DNA of 44,987 nucleotides from Leptolyngbyaceae cyanobacterium (GCA_050331235.1 JBHJHA010000076.1:1-44987), one strand, 5' to 3'. Positions 1 through 10,074 are shown, counted from the stretch's first letter. Notes: generated by a model from the sequence alone, not told the origin. A program made the numbers and translations.

Positions 1-1
1 C

Positions 2-1072
2 ACCATCCAGCGTTTGCAAGAAGAGTTTGCAGCTGAGCTAGCAACCCTACGTGGTCGCGTGGATGCTCTAGAAGCTGAGACCGCTGAATTGCGTGCACAG
101 CAGTTCTCCACCACGACCAAGCTTCGTGGTCAGGTGGATGCTAACTTGGTTGCTCCTTTCGATGATCTGGAAGGTACCAGTGCTGGTAGCGACGATACGA
201 CTTCCTTCAACGTTCGGGCTCGCTTGAACTTTGACTCCAGTTTCACAGGTAGCGATCGCTTGCGCGTCCGTTTACAGGCTCGTGATGATGACTTCGGCGC
301 TCTACCTGCTGGTGGCGGTTTGGCTAACTCTGGTAGCGGTGGTCTCGACGTAACTATCGATGACTTCTACTACAGCTTTGGTGTTGGCGATAACCTCGAC
401 TTCATTATCGGTGCTAACAGCATTCAGACTGATGACTTCGTCACCAGCACTATCGTTCCTTTCGACGGTCCTAGTGTCGCTGACCCTGGTGGTCCCGTTG
501 GTTATGACTTCGGCATGGGTGGCGGCGGCTTCGCTGTCGGCGGTAGCTTCCAAATCGGTGATAATTTTGTCATTGACGCTGGTTACTCTGCTGACCAGGG
601 TAACAGCGGTAGCAACGACCCCAATGATGGCGGTATCTTCGGTTCCAACGATCAGTCCTACATCGTCCAAGGTAGCTTCCTCTCTGATGGCTTGCTCGAC
701 TTGGGTGTTGCCTACCTCCGTGGTAGTGGTGACGGTAACGACGATGACTTCGTTGATACTTTCATGGGTTTAGCGAACCTCGACTTCGGTAGCTTCTTCG
801 TTGCTGGTTACTTCGCTCACCATGATGGCGAAGGTAATTCTGATGATTCCTGGCAGATTGGTGCTGGCTTCGACGACCTCTTCATCGAAGGGTCTGAAGT
901 GGGTGTTTACTACGCTGACCTGGCTGATTTCGACGAAGATAACTACATGATCGAAGGTTACTGGGGCGTCCCCGTTAACCAGTTCCTGACTATCACTCCC
1001 GCAATCATCTACGGTGAGTTTGAAGATGAGGACAACTGGTACGGTGCACTGCGCGCGACCTTCAAATTCTAA
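2..1072 (+). CDS. Cyanobacterial outer-membrane porin (SomA/OprB-like, SLH-anchored family), 5'-truncated by the window edge
   Basis: Frame is open from position 2 (TIQRLQEEFAAELATLRGRVDALE...QQFSTTTKLRG), the typical post-SLH coiled coil of cyanobacterial porins. RLNFDSSFTGSDRLRVRL motif and C-terminal LRATFKF beta-signal ending in Phe. Confidence 0.92.
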   Translation, partial: TIQRLQEEFAAELATLRGRVDALEAETAELRAQQFSTTTKLRGQVDANLVAPFDDLEGTSAGSDDTTSFNVRARLNFDSSFTGSDRLRVRLQARDDDFGALPAGGGLANSGSGGLDVTIDDFYYSFGVGDNLDFIIGANSIQTDDFVTSTIVPFDGPSVADPGGPVGYDFGMGGGGFAVGGSFQIGDNFVIDAGYSADQGNSGSNDPNDGGIFGSNDQSYIVQGSFLSDGLLDLGVAYLRGSGDGNDDDFVDTFMGLANLDFGSFFVAGYFAHHDGEGNSDDSWQIGAGFDDLFIEGSEVGVYYADLADFDEDNYMIEGYWGVPVNQFLTITPAIIYGEFEDEDNWYGALRATFKF

Positions 1073-1104
1073 ACAGTCCTGGCTTGTTTAAGCATGACTT
1101 GATC

Positions 1105-1137
1105 AGAGAGGCCCCGAAATTTCGGGCCTCTTTTTTT
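1105..1137 (+). terminator. Intrinsic terminator of the porin gene
   Basis: GAGGCCCCGAAATTTCGGGCCTC stem-loop followed by a 7-T run, about 35 nt after the stop codon. Confidence 0.88.
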
Positions 1138-1329
1138 ATGGCAGTTTGCTGCACTTCGTTCCATCGATGACGCTGCGCGGCAAACTGTAGCGGAAACCGG
1201 GTTGATGAACTAGAGAATTAGAAGCAGCCAAAGAACCGGGAACGTCTTAATGATCGCTGTTTGCCTTTGCGCTTAGTCAAGTCCATTGCTCACCTCCGTC
1301 ATGAATTGACGTGGTCTTGTGAATCCTGC

Positions 1330-1358
1330 AAACCCGACTGGAGAACCGGGGTTATACT
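1330..1358 (+). promoter_or_regulatory. Putative Rrf2-type operator overlapping a TATACT -10 box
   Basis: AAACCCGACTGGAGAACCGGGGTTAT is an imperfect inverted repeat whose left half resembles the IscR type-1 half-site ATASYYGACTR. TATACT at 1353-1358 lies 32 nt before the GTG start. Confidence 0.55.
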
Positions 1359-1390
1359 AGGGATACCGCTTCGCTGAATTTTGAAAACTT

Positions 1391-1825
1391 GTGGAACTGT
1401 CCAGTAAAAGTGAATATGCGCTGTTGGCCTTACTTGAACTCGGGCGCGGGTTTGACAATGGGGAGCCGATGCAAATCCGACAGCTTGCTGCGAAACAAAA
1501 TATTCCCGATCGCTACCTTGAACAATTGCTAGCGATACTCCGCCGGGCCGGTTTTGTGCGGAGTCAGCGGGGAGCCAAAGGTGGCTATTTGCTCGCGCGA
1601 TCGCCCTGGCAGATTACCCTCTACGATGTGGTGAGCTGCATCGAAGGATTTGAGGTAGCCAAAGAAACATCAACAGTGCCGCAAACTTCGGAAGGCGCTG
1701 TAATTGCCGAAGCTTGGCAAACGGCCCGGCAAGCAGCGGTGGAAGCCTTAAAGAGCCAGACTCTACAAGATTTGCTGGATCAGTGCCGAGCTAAGCAACA
1801 AGTTGATCTGATGTATTACATTTAG
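1391..1825 (+). CDS. Rrf2-family transcriptional regulator, CymR-like
   Basis: [27 protein letters not shown]rf2 winged-helix signature. Lacks the IscR three-Cys cluster motif, ends in LMYYI, and sits 5 nt upstream of cysK. Confidence 0.92.
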   Translation: MELSSKSEYALLALLELGRGFDNGEPMQIRQLAAKQNIPDRYLEQLLAILRRAGFVRSQRGAKGGYLLARSPWQITLYDVVSCIEGFEVAKETSTVPQTSEGAVIAEAWQTARQAAVEALKSQTLQDLLDQCRAKQQVDLMYYI

Positions 1826-1830
1826 CGTCT

Positions 1831-2793
1831 ATGCGTATTGCCGAAGATGTCACGGCTTTGATTGGTCACACCCCCCTGGTACGACTCAATCGCATTCCCC
1901 AGGCAGAAAATTGTCACGCCACGATTGTGGTCAAGCTCGAGGGGATGAATCCTTCTGCCTCGGTCAAGGACCGGATTGGCATCAATATGATCAATGCCGC
2001 AGAGGCAGAAGGCAAAATTGCGCCCGGGCGAACGACTCTAGTGGAGCCGACTTCTGGCAATACAGGCATTGCTTTAGCCATGGCGGCGGCGGCTAAAGGC
2101 TACCGGCTGATTTTGACCATGCCTGAGACCATGAGCAGTGAGCGCCGAGCCATGTTGCGGGCCTACGGGGCCGAACTGGAGCTGACGCCTGGTTTAGAGG
2201 GGATGTCAGGCTGCATTCGGTGTGCCCAGCGATTAGTCAATACGATTCCCGATGCCTATATGCTGCAGCAATTTTCCAACCCAGCTAACCCAGATGTACA
2301 TCGGCGGACGACAGCGGAGGAAATTTGGGCTGATACGGACGGCACGGTTGACATTGTCATGGCTGGTGTGGGGACTGGAGGGACGATTACAGGCGTTTCG
2401 GAAGTGCTCAAGGCGCGGAAACCCGATTTGCAAACAATCGCTGTGGAGCCCATGAACAGTCCAGTGCTGTCTGGCGGACATGCCGGTCCGCATAAGATTC
2501 AGGGTATCGGTGCTGGTTTTGTTCCCGATGTGTTGAATAAAGACATTATTGATGAAGTCATCGCCGTGACGGATGACGACGCGATCGCCTATGGACGGCG
2601 TCTAGCCCGAGAAGAGGGGCTATTATCGGGCATTTCGACGGGGGCTGTGCTCAAGGCTGCCATCGCGGTGGCACAGCGACCTGACAATGCTGGCAAGTTG
2701 ATTGTGATGGTGCAGCCGAGCTTTGGTGAACGCTATTTGAGCACGCCGCTATTTCAAGATCCGGAGCTGATGGCTCCGGTGAGTGCAAATTAA
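1831..2793 (+). CDS. cysK: Cysteine synthase A (O-acetylserine sulfhydrylase)
   Basis: NPSASVKDR (PLP lysine), [24 protein letters not shown] and GERYLST motifs. Confidence 0.97.
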   Translation: MRIAEDVTALIGHTPLVRLNRIPQAENCHATIVVKLEGMNPSASVKDRIGINMINAAEAEGKIAPGRTTLVEPTSGNTGIALAMAAAAKGYRLILTMPETMSSERRAMLRAYGAELELTPGLEGMSGCIRCAQRLVNTIPDAYMLQQFSNPANPDVHRRTTAEEIWADTDGTVDIVMAGVGTGGTITGVSEVLKARKPDLQTIAVEPMNSPVLSGGHAGPHKIQGIGAGFVPDVLNKDIIDEVIAVTDDDAIAYGRRLAREEGLLSGISTGAVLKAAIAVAQRPDNAGKLIVMVQPSFGERYLSTPLFQDPELMAPVSAN

Positions 2794-3100
2794 TGCGCTC
2801 GATACGCCAGCGCTCTGAAGATTTCGCTTTGGCGTTCCCCTAAAAGCGGAAAGGTCCATGAAGCCGAACTCTAGCCATTTTTGATAAGGGAGTGCGGCAG
2901 CGGGGGATCACCTAATGCACAGCGCCATCATCCTATTTCTGCGAATCATGACTACACATAGATTCTTCAAAGCCCCTTTTTCCAAAGGGGCAGCGACAGC
3001 GAAGGATCTTCAAATCTGTAGCGCTATTACAGAGAATTGGTGTTACGTCGAATTGTATCAATGCTGGCTGTGGGGAAGCTCCGCTGGGGCTGCTTGCTTC

Positions 3101-4924
3101 CTATGGCGTTTTTTCACTGGGCTGTAGGCGGACCAGATGATAGGTGTTCGTGGTAATCAGGTCAGTTTGCTGATTGCGAGGCCATTGGATGTTCTCAATC
3201 TCATTAGCGGTACCCACGACGAGTGCTTGCTCCTGCTGTTCTCTTTGCATCAATCCTCGTAGCTCCTCTGGCCGTTCGAGATAAGTGACTGGTCTCCGGG
3301 TGTAGAACACCAGCGAAGGTTTCATAAAACCAATCATGTAGAGCGGTTCGTTGGGCTGTTGTTCATTGACTGCAACCGCCGCAATCTCCCGAAGGGGTTG
3401 CTGCCGGACTTGATCTGCCAACTGCAAGGCGGGCAGCATCGAGAGCAGAATAAAGGCAACGAAAGCGATAAGGTTAACGCTCCAGAGCCACTTTTTCTGT
3501 GCTTTGATCAGTAGCCCTACGCCAGCAATCAGCGCTAAAAACCAAACCACGGCGGCCCTCACCATGATGCCCGACTCACGGACTAGTTCAGGCAAATCGG
3601 GCATGGAAGGGTCGTTACCCATCCAGTTGGGACTGTAGAGTGCCGCGATCGCCAAACCGGCAAAAATCAGCAAGTTGACAATATAGCTCAGGGCAAATCC
3701 TACATTCCGCTTGGGAGTAGCAGGGGAGGGGCACAGGCGATCGCTCCAGCCCAAGCCTACTAAAATGGCCGCGGCTGGCATCAGTGGCAACACGTAGCTC
3801 GGCAGCTTAGTCACAGCAATGGTGAAGAAGCTGAAAATCACAACTAACCATACCAGCGCAAAGATGCCAAGGTGCGCCGAGCGAGGCTGACTTTGCCAAT
3901 ATTGCCAGTGATGAATACGTAGTCGGGCGATCGCCCAGGGCAACAAAGAAGACCAGGGTAAAAATCCGACAGCGACGACTAAAAAGTAAAAATACCAAGG
4001 CGCTGCATGGCCGTTAACAACGCTCGTGAAGCGTTCAACATTGTGATAGCCAAAAAATGAATCAATGTAGGCTTGGCCATTATCGGCAATCACCCAGATG
4101 TGCCAAGGCACGGTGATGGCCAAAAAGATTAGTGTGCCTTTGAGCAAGTGCATTTCCCACAGCACCTGACGCAACTGACCGACGTAGCCCAAAAACGCAA
4201 GCACAATAAATCCTGGGATGGCCAAGCCAACCGGGCCTTTGGTAAGGACGGCCAGACCTAAGCAACCAAAGGCTATGAGATACCAATTACGCTGGCGGTG
4301 AGGAAATTCTGGCTGGGCATAGCCCCAAAAAAAGGTGAAGAGGGCCAGGCCGATACAACCTGACAGCAGCATATCGGATACCCCGATCCGCGCCCAAACG
4401 ATTGTTTCAGGATTGAGGGCCATGATGCCGGAGCCAATGATAGCCGACCAGAATAGATTCCGTTGACTCAGGCGCGATCGCTGCGCCGCCGTGCCATTGA
4501 GTTCTCCCACGGTTGCCGTCGCTAGCTCTGGGCGCGAAAAGCCAAAGCGCTTTAGGGTATAGAATCCCATCCCAACTAGGGCGGTGGCTGACAGGGCAGA
4601 GGGCAGGCGCACGGCCCACTCGCCTACGCCGAAAATCTGAAAGCCGATTGCCATCAACCAGTAAACTAATGGCGGCTTATCAAACCGCGTGGCACCGTTG
4701 AAATAGGGCGTAATCCAATCGCCGGTTGCCACCATTTGTCGAGCCGCTTCGGCAAACAAAGGTTCAGTTTCATCGACTAACCCGACGCTGGCAATGCCCC
4801 AAAAAAAGGCAATACCGCACACCATGATCACCCAGGCAAGCGAAAGCCAGCGCTCACGTCGAGCTTGCCGCTGGATCGGGTGAGCTACAGAGGGAGAACT
4901 ATCTAGCGGCATTGAAGGCTTCAT
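3101..4924 (-). CDS. ArnT/PMT (GT-C fold, GT39/GT83-like) membrane glycosyltransferase
   Basis: DETEPLFAEAARQM, DWITPYFNG..RFDKPPL.YWL, LTKGPVG and TKLPSYVLP motifs with many transmembrane helices. Confidence 0.9.
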   Translation of the reverse strand: MKPSMPLDSSPSVAHPIQRQARRERWLSLAWVIMVCGIAFFWGIASVGLVDETEPLFAEAARQMVATGDWITPYFNGATRFDKPPLVYWLMAIGFQIFGVGEWAVRLPSALSATALVGMGFYTLKRFGFSRPELATATVGELNGTAAQRSRLSQRNLFWSAIIGSGIMALNPETIVWARIGVSDMLLSGCIGLALFTFFWGYAQPEFPHRQRNWYLIAFGCLGLAVLTKGPVGLAIPGFIVLAFLGYVGQLRQVLWEMHLLKGTLIFLAITVPWHIWVIADNGQAYIDSFFGYHNVERFTSVVNGHAAPWYFYFLVVAVGFLPWSSLLPWAIARLRIHHWQYWQSQPRSAHLGIFALVWLVVIFSFFTIAVTKLPSYVLPLMPAAAILVGLGWSDRLCPSPATPKRNVGFALSYIVNLLIFAGLAIAALYSPNWMGNDPSMPDLPELVRESGIMVRAAVVWFLALIAGVGLLIKAQKKWLWSVNLIAFVAFILLSMLPALQLADQVRQQPLREIAAVAVNEQQPNEPLYMIGFMKPSLVFYTRRPVTYLERPEELRGLMQREQQEQALVVGTANEIENIQWPRNQQTDLITTNTYHLVRLQPSEKTP

Positions 4925-5199
4925 AATCGAAGGCCGAAATGGAATGTCGGCAAATGCAAATCAGTCTTCTACATTACAGCGAATTGCTGTAGCCGATGGA
5001 GCGTACCAGTCAAAACCCGAGGTGGCATAGAGTCCAACGCCAGGTATTCCCAACCAGTGGGCGATCGCCCAACGATGCAAGGGGCTTTTCCTGATGGTCC
5101 ACGCCCAGACTCTTTGCAACTATGGAAGGAATCTTCCACAATTAAAAGGCAATTGTCAGCATTGCTAAAGGTTGCACTAATAGCTGTTGGAACTCTGCT

Positions 5200-5928
5200 A
5201 TGACTTCCCCCTCGGTGGATACTGATCACTACCGCACACTCAAGATTTCAGAACAGGCGACGCAGCAGGAGATCAAACAGTCTTACCGTCGGTTGGCTAA
5301 GGAGTTGCATCCTGATACGCAACGGGCAAACCCGGATCAGGAGAGCATCAAACGGTTGAATGCAGCCTATGAGGTCTTAGGCGATCCGCAGTCGCGGTCT
5401 CACTACGATCGCCAGCGCCGGGTACAACAAGCGGGCTACGAATCGGAGAGTCAAATTCGCGATCGCTCCCAGCGCACGGCTCACTCCCAAGCCGCCTATC
5501 AGCAGCGCCGCCGGGCCTCCCGCGATGCGGACGATGCTTTTGCCGCTTGGGTCCAGAAGGTCTACAACCCAGTTGATCGCCTCATCGCCAAAATCCTTAC
5601 GCCCTTGAAAGCCGAAATACGAGCGCTCTCTGGCGATCCCTTTGATGATGATCTGATGGCAGCATTTCAAACATATTTGGAGGGCTGTCGCGAAAACCTG
5701 GAAAAGGCACGAAGCAAATTTCAATCCGTGCCCAATCCTTCCAACACGGCGGGTGTTGCGGCAAACCTCTACTACTGCCTCAATCAGCTTGAGGACGGTA
5801 TTGAGGAAATGGAACGCTACACCTACTGCTATGAAGAGAGTTATCTGCATACCGGGCAGGAGCTGTTTCGAATTTCGACCAAGCCGCGCAAGGAAGCCAA
5901 AGCGCAACTCAAGCTTGCAAACCGCTAA
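5200..5928 (+). CDS. DnaJ (type III J-domain) protein
   Basis: N-terminal HY.TL...EIKQSYRRLAKELHPD...LNAAYEVLGD J-domain with HPD motif, followed by a helical C-terminal domain. Confidence 0.9.
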   Translation: MTSPSVDTDHYRTLKISEQATQQEIKQSYRRLAKELHPDTQRANPDQESIKRLNAAYEVLGDPQSRSHYDRQRRVQQAGYESESQIRDRSQRTAHSQAAYQQRRRASRDADDAFAAWVQKVYNPVDRLIAKILTPLKAEIRALSGDPFDDDLMAAFQTYLEGCRENLEKARSKFQSVPNPSNTAGVAANLYYCLNQLEDGIEEMERYTYCYEESYLHTGQELFRISTKPRKEAKAQLKLANR

Positions 5929-6102
5929 CCGGACAAAATCGATCACGCCAGGCAGACGCGCTGCTAGACCCAGTTCTCAATGCAAAACTCAACATTTGCA
6001 GTAGAGATTTGATCGACTTGCAACAAATCAATATCTGCCACAATGGAATGCTGACTAGGTGCGATCGCTACAATAGAACATTAACCCTTCTTCCATCTAG
6101 CT

Positions 6103-7467
6103 ATGCCTCTCCCTGTTGTTGCTGTTATTGGTCGCCCCAATGTGGGCAAATCCACGCTGGTCAATCGATTGGCGGGGGTGCAAGAGGCTATTGTCTATGA
6201 TACGCCTGGTGTGACCCGCGATCGCACCTACAAGCCCGCATTCTGGCGCGATCGTGATTATCTGGGAGTCGATACCGGCGGTTTGATTTTTGATGACGAT
6301 ACGGAGTTTCTGCCCTACATTCGTGAGCAGGCCATGGCAGCGCTGATCGAAGCGAGCGCAGCGGTGATGGTGGTAGACGGTCAGGAAGGACCCACCGAGG
6401 CGGATCGCGAAATTGCTCAATGGCTGCGACAACAGCATTCTGTGCCGGTGTTTTTAGCCGTCAACAAGTGCGAGTCGCCAGATCAGGGATTGATCCAAGC
6501 GGCGCAGTTTTGGGAATTGGGACTGGGGGAGCCTTACCCGGTATCGGGGATTCATGGCAATGGCACTGGTGAGCTGCTCGATGATCTGGTGACTCGTCTG
6601 CCGCCAAATGATGAAATTGAGGAGCCCGAAGAAATTCGTGTGGCTATTGTGGGCCGACCGAATGTTGGCAAATCAAGCTTGCTCAATGCATTTGTTGGAG
6701 AAAATCGCGCCATTGTGAGTCCGGTCTCAGGCACCACGCGGGATGCGATCGACATGCTAGTGGAGCGAGATGACAAGCGCTATCGCTTGATTGATACCGC
6801 TGGCATTCGTAAGAAAAAAAATGTTGACTATGGGCCCGAGTTTTTTGGTATCAACCGAGCTTTCAAGGCCATTCGTCGGGCGGATGTTGTTCTCCTTGTG
6901 ATAGATGCGATCGATGGCGTAACTGAGCAAGACCAAAAGCTCGCTGGGCGCGTCGAAGAAGATGGTCGGGCCTGCGTGGTCGTGGTGAATAAGTGGGATG
7001 CTGTCGATAAAGACTCCCACACGATTTATGACTACGATCGTACCATTGGCAGCAAGCTCTATTTTATGGAGTGGGCCAAGCGCATCTATACCAGTGCGCT
7101 CACAGGTCAGCGCGTGCCCAAAATTTTGGACTTAGTGGACCAAGCCGTCTCTGAACATCGCCGCCGGGTCACGACCGCGGTGGTTAATGAAGTGTTGGAA
7201 GAGGCCGTTGGCTGGCATACGCCACCGACCACTCGCCAAGGGCGGCAGGGAAGAATTTACTACGGTACCCAGGTGACCAGTCGCCCGCCGACGTTTGCCT
7301 TGTTTGTCAACGACCCGAAGCTGTTTGGCGAAAGCTATCGGCGTTATATTGAAGGGCAGTTCCGCCAAAATTTAGGATTTGAGGGCAGTCCCATTCGGTT
7401 GCTGTGGCGGGGTAAAAAGATGCGAGATCTAGAGCGTCAAAGCGCCAATCGGGCGACCAAAGTTTGA
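6103..7467 (+). CDS. der: Ribosome biogenesis GTPase Der (EngA)
   Basis: Two tandem G-domains (GRPNVGKS twice, DTGG/DTAG, NKCE/NKWD) and a KH-like C-terminus. Confidence 0.97.
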   Translation: MPLPVVAVIGRPNVGKSTLVNRLAGVQEAIVYDTPGVTRDRTYKPAFWRDRDYLGVDTGGLIFDDDTEFLPYIREQAMAALIEASAAVMVVDGQEGPTEADREIAQWLRQQHSVPVFLAVNKCESPDQGLIQAAQFWELGLGEPYPVSGIHGNGTGELLDDLVTRLPPNDEIEEPEEIRVAIVGRPNVGKSSLLNAFVGENRAIVSPVSGTTRDAIDMLVERDDKRYRLIDTAGIRKKKNVDYGPEFFGINRAFKAIRRADVVLLVIDAIDGVTEQDQKLAGRVEEDGRACVVVVNKWDAVDKDSHTIYDYDRTIGSKLYFMEWAKRIYTSALTGQRVPKILDLVDQAVSEHRRRVTTAVVNEVLEEAVGWHTPPTTRQGRQGRIYYGTQVTSRPPTFALFVNDPKLFGESYRRYIEGQFRQNLGFEGSPIRLLWRGKKMRDLERQSANRATKV

Positions 7468-7654
7468 TGTTCGAGAAGGATATCTGAATTAATCAGTTTG
7501 CTAACCTAGCGTCACGTACCATCGGATTTTGTTCAAAAGTACCGTTCTTAGATTCAACATTTGCCAACCCTTCTCCTGGTGTCACAAAGGTGAGGGATTG
7601 CAGTTGTTGGTTGCGAGCGGTAGGACTTGTTTACCGACGGGTGAGGCTTAAGGG

Positions 7655-8584
7655 ATGGATTTGCTCAAGACACTGCCCATCGGTCTGTATTTGGAAGAGC
7701 CGGTCACTTGGCTTCATCGCCTTGACCCCCGAGTTAAGCTCCTCTGGTTAGTTAGCATTTTGATTAGTCCCATTTTGGCGAACGATGTCTGGCGGTTCTT
7801 CGTAGTGGGATTGCTGATCGGTCTGACGGTTGCCGCCCTGATTCCGTTGCGGGTGTGGCGGCAACAGATGGGCTGGCTTCTGTTTGTTTGTACATTGATG
7901 TTGGTTTTGACCTCTCTATTGCCGGATGGCTTGTCGATTGATTATCAGACGCCGCTGCCGACGCCAGAAACTTTAGAACAAATTGAGCCTTTTCCCGATC
8001 AATTTTCGCTACAGGCGTTCACTCTACCTCAACCCACTGGATATCAATATGTTGTGGTTGATCAGGGGCCGCTGACGATTACCCAGCGATCGCTAGAGCT
8101 GGGGATTCGCATCAGCACGCTGCTCTTTACTCTGATCTATGGCACGAATCTATTTTTGTTAACAACGGCGTCTGAAGAGGTAACGGTGGCGCTAGAGGTT
8201 TTAATGCGGCCGTTGCGATCGTTCAAGGTGCCGGTGACCGAGATTGCACTGACGGTGACCCTGGCGCTGCGGTTTATTCCTCTAGTGCTAGAAGAAACGC
8301 AAAATCTGATTCGTTCAGTGCAGACTCGCGCCATCAATTGGAAGAAACTAGGCTTTCGCGGCTCGATTCAGGTTTGGATTGCGGTGGTGGAGCGATTGCT
8401 CAAAAACTTATTGTTGCGAGCAGAGCAGACGGCGGCCGCCATGGCGGTAAGGGGCTTTACGACACCTAACACCCATCGGGTGAAATGGTCAGAGTTACGG
8501 CTACGGAGTCGTGATTGGATGGCTTTGATCGTACTTGTAGGGTTTTGGTATGCCCGGGTGGTTTGGGGTGGTGAAGGGATCTGA
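7655..8584 (+). CDS. ECF transporter T component (CbiQ/EcfT; Ycf92 family)
   Basis: MDLL..LPIGLYLE.PVTWLHRLDPRVK N-terminus, LRFIPLVLEE..N, TRA and VRG coupling-helix motifs; position directly after der. Confidence 0.88.
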   Translation: MDLLKTLPIGLYLEEPVTWLHRLDPRVKLLWLVSILISPILANDVWRFFVVGLLIGLTVAALIPLRVWRQQMGWLLFVCTLMLVLTSLLPDGLSIDYQTPLPTPETLEQIEPFPDQFSLQAFTLPQPTGYQYVVVDQGPLTITQRSLELGIRISTLLFTLIYGTNLFLLTTASEEVTVALEVLMRPLRSFKVPVTEIALTVTLALRFIPLVLEETQNLIRSVQTRAINWKKLGFRGSIQVWIAVVERLLKNLLLRAEQTAAAMAVRGFTTPNTHRVKWSELRLRSRDWMALIVLVGFWYARVVWGGEGI

Positions 8585-10074
8585 TGCTGTCTTCCTGGTA
8601 TGTGCGTGCCCTCCCGCTGCAGCAGCGAACTGGGGCTGAGATCTTCCACGCGCTCTACGGTCACGGGAGCCTCTCAGAAGCAGTCAACGGTGACCAGCCA
8701 GCCTGGCACCACATTGCAACTCTGTTGGAGAGCCCGGCTCAGCTAGGGGCGGAGACGCCACAGGCCCGGTTATCCCGATATTCCATTTGTGCGGGGCCGC
8801 CGCGCTGGGTCGGCGATCGCCCCCGGGTGTGGACGCCTCCCATCGGTGAAATTTTGCCGATGCTGTCGGCTCGGCTGGCGACTCCTTGCCCCCCGGCGGT
8901 CCTGTTAGACGAACATGGTCAACCCCTCATGACGCCGTTGGAGCCCTTTGCCGGGGGCTGGCTGGGCTGGTTGGGTTACGACCTCGCCTGGGAAATTGAG
9001 GCCCTGCCCGATCAAAATCCTGATCCGCTGCCATTCCCAGTGGCCTATTGGTATGAGCCTGAGACTTTTGCCATTGCTGATCATGGCACCCAAACGCTGT
9101 GGCTAGCGGCAACGGCACCGCATCAACTGGACGATATGGCAGGGGCGATCGCGACAGCGCAGCCAGAGCCCCCTGCTGAGGCTAGTCTCATTGACTCCCT
9201 CAACTTTGCCTCTACTCAGCACCAATATGAAGCGGCAGTCAAACAAGCCCAAGCGCACATTCAAGCCGGTGATATTTTTCAAGCAAATCTGTCTTTGCGA
9301 TTCTCCAGCCCAACAGAGGCAGACAGTTGGGCAATTTATCGCCGCTTACACCAAATTAATCCGTCTCCCTTTGCTAGCTACTGGCGTACCCCTTGGGGGG
9401 ACGTTATAAGTTGCTCGCCCGAACGCTTAGTTTCACTGCGCCAGGTTATCCAGGATGGCAATGTCTATCAGCAAGCTGAAACGCGCCCGATCGCCGGGAC
9501 ACGTCCCCGTGGTCACTCATTGGCTACCGATCACCGTTTGGCCCAAGAGCTGATCAACAATCTTAAAGAGCGGGCCGAACATATTATGTTGGTCGATCTC
9601 GAACGTAATGATTTAGGACGGGTTTGTACCTGGGGAACTGTGCAGGTCAACGAACTCATGGTCATTGAGCCCTACAGTCACGTCATGCACCTCGTGAGCA
9701 ACGTTGTAGGCCAGTTAGATGACGATAAAACTGCAGTTGATTTGATTCGTGCCGCCTTTCCTGGGGGCACTATCACGGGATGCCCTAAGGTGCGCTGTAT
9801 GGAAATCATTGAAGCGCTTGAGCCCCTAAGGCGTAGCCTCTTCTACGGGTCCTGTGGTTATTTAGACTGGCGAGGCCATTTAGATTCGAATATTTTGATC
9901 CGCACTTTGTTGCTAGGGCGAGACGATGCCGGCCAGCAGACGGTCTGGGGGCAAGTAGGAGCCGGTATCGTAGCCGACAGTCAACCCACTCAGGAATGGC
10001 AAGAATCCCTCCAAAAAGCCCAAGCTCAGTTTTTAGCCATTGGCATGCTAGACAGCGCGATGCTCCCTGACTAG
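8584..10074 (+). CDS. Chorismate-binding (MST) enzyme: anthranilate synthase component I / aminodeoxychorismate synthase PabB-like
   Basis: LLES, GDIFQANLS, NPSPFA, SPERL, TRPIAGTRPRG, KERAEHIMLVDLERNDLGRV, FPGGTITGCPK and GAGIVADS motifs. TGATG overlap with the ecfT stop. Confidence 0.9.
   Translation: MLSSWYVRALPLQQRTGAEIFHALYGHGSLSEAVNGDQPAWHHIATLLESPAQLGAETPQARLSRYSICAGPPRWVGDRPRVWTPPIGEILPMLSARLATPCPPAVLLDEHGQPLMTPLEPFAGGWLGWLGYDLAWEIEALPDQNPDPLPFPVAYWYEPETFAIADHGTQTLWLAATAPHQLDDMAGAIATAQPEPPAEASLIDSLNFASTQHQYEAAVKQAQAHIQAGDIFQANLSLRFSSPTEADSWAIYRRLHQINPSPFASYWRTPWGDVISCSPERLVSLRQVIQDGNVYQQAETRPIAGTRPRGHSLATDHRLAQELINNLKERAEHIMLVDLERNDLGRVCTWGTVQVNELMVIEPYSHVMHLVSNVVGQLDDDKTAVDLIRAAFPGGTITGCPKVRCMEIIEALEPLRRSLFYGSCGYLDWRGHLDSNILIRTLLLGRDDAGQQTVWGQVGAGIVADSQPTQEWQESLQKAQAQFLAIGMLDSAMLPD

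Noticed and set aside
302..773. Alternative-frame and antisense ORFs inside the porin gene (also inside sepF, the topoisomerase, the lipoprotein tail, psaA and psaB)
   Set aside because: Shadow ORFs expected from codon bias and low complexity of the real genes; they carry no recognisable motifs.
2831..2870. CGTTC...CGGAAAGG...GAAG resemblance to a glutamine riboswitch
   Set aside because: Lacks the GGAAGUA E-loop and closing GAACG, and lies downstream of cysK with no gene to control.
2915..3127. 70-aa ORF between cysK and the glycosyltransferase (also the 18796-19023 and 29964-30251 ORFs)
   Set aside because: No recognisable domain or clear SD, and each overlaps a better-supported gene.
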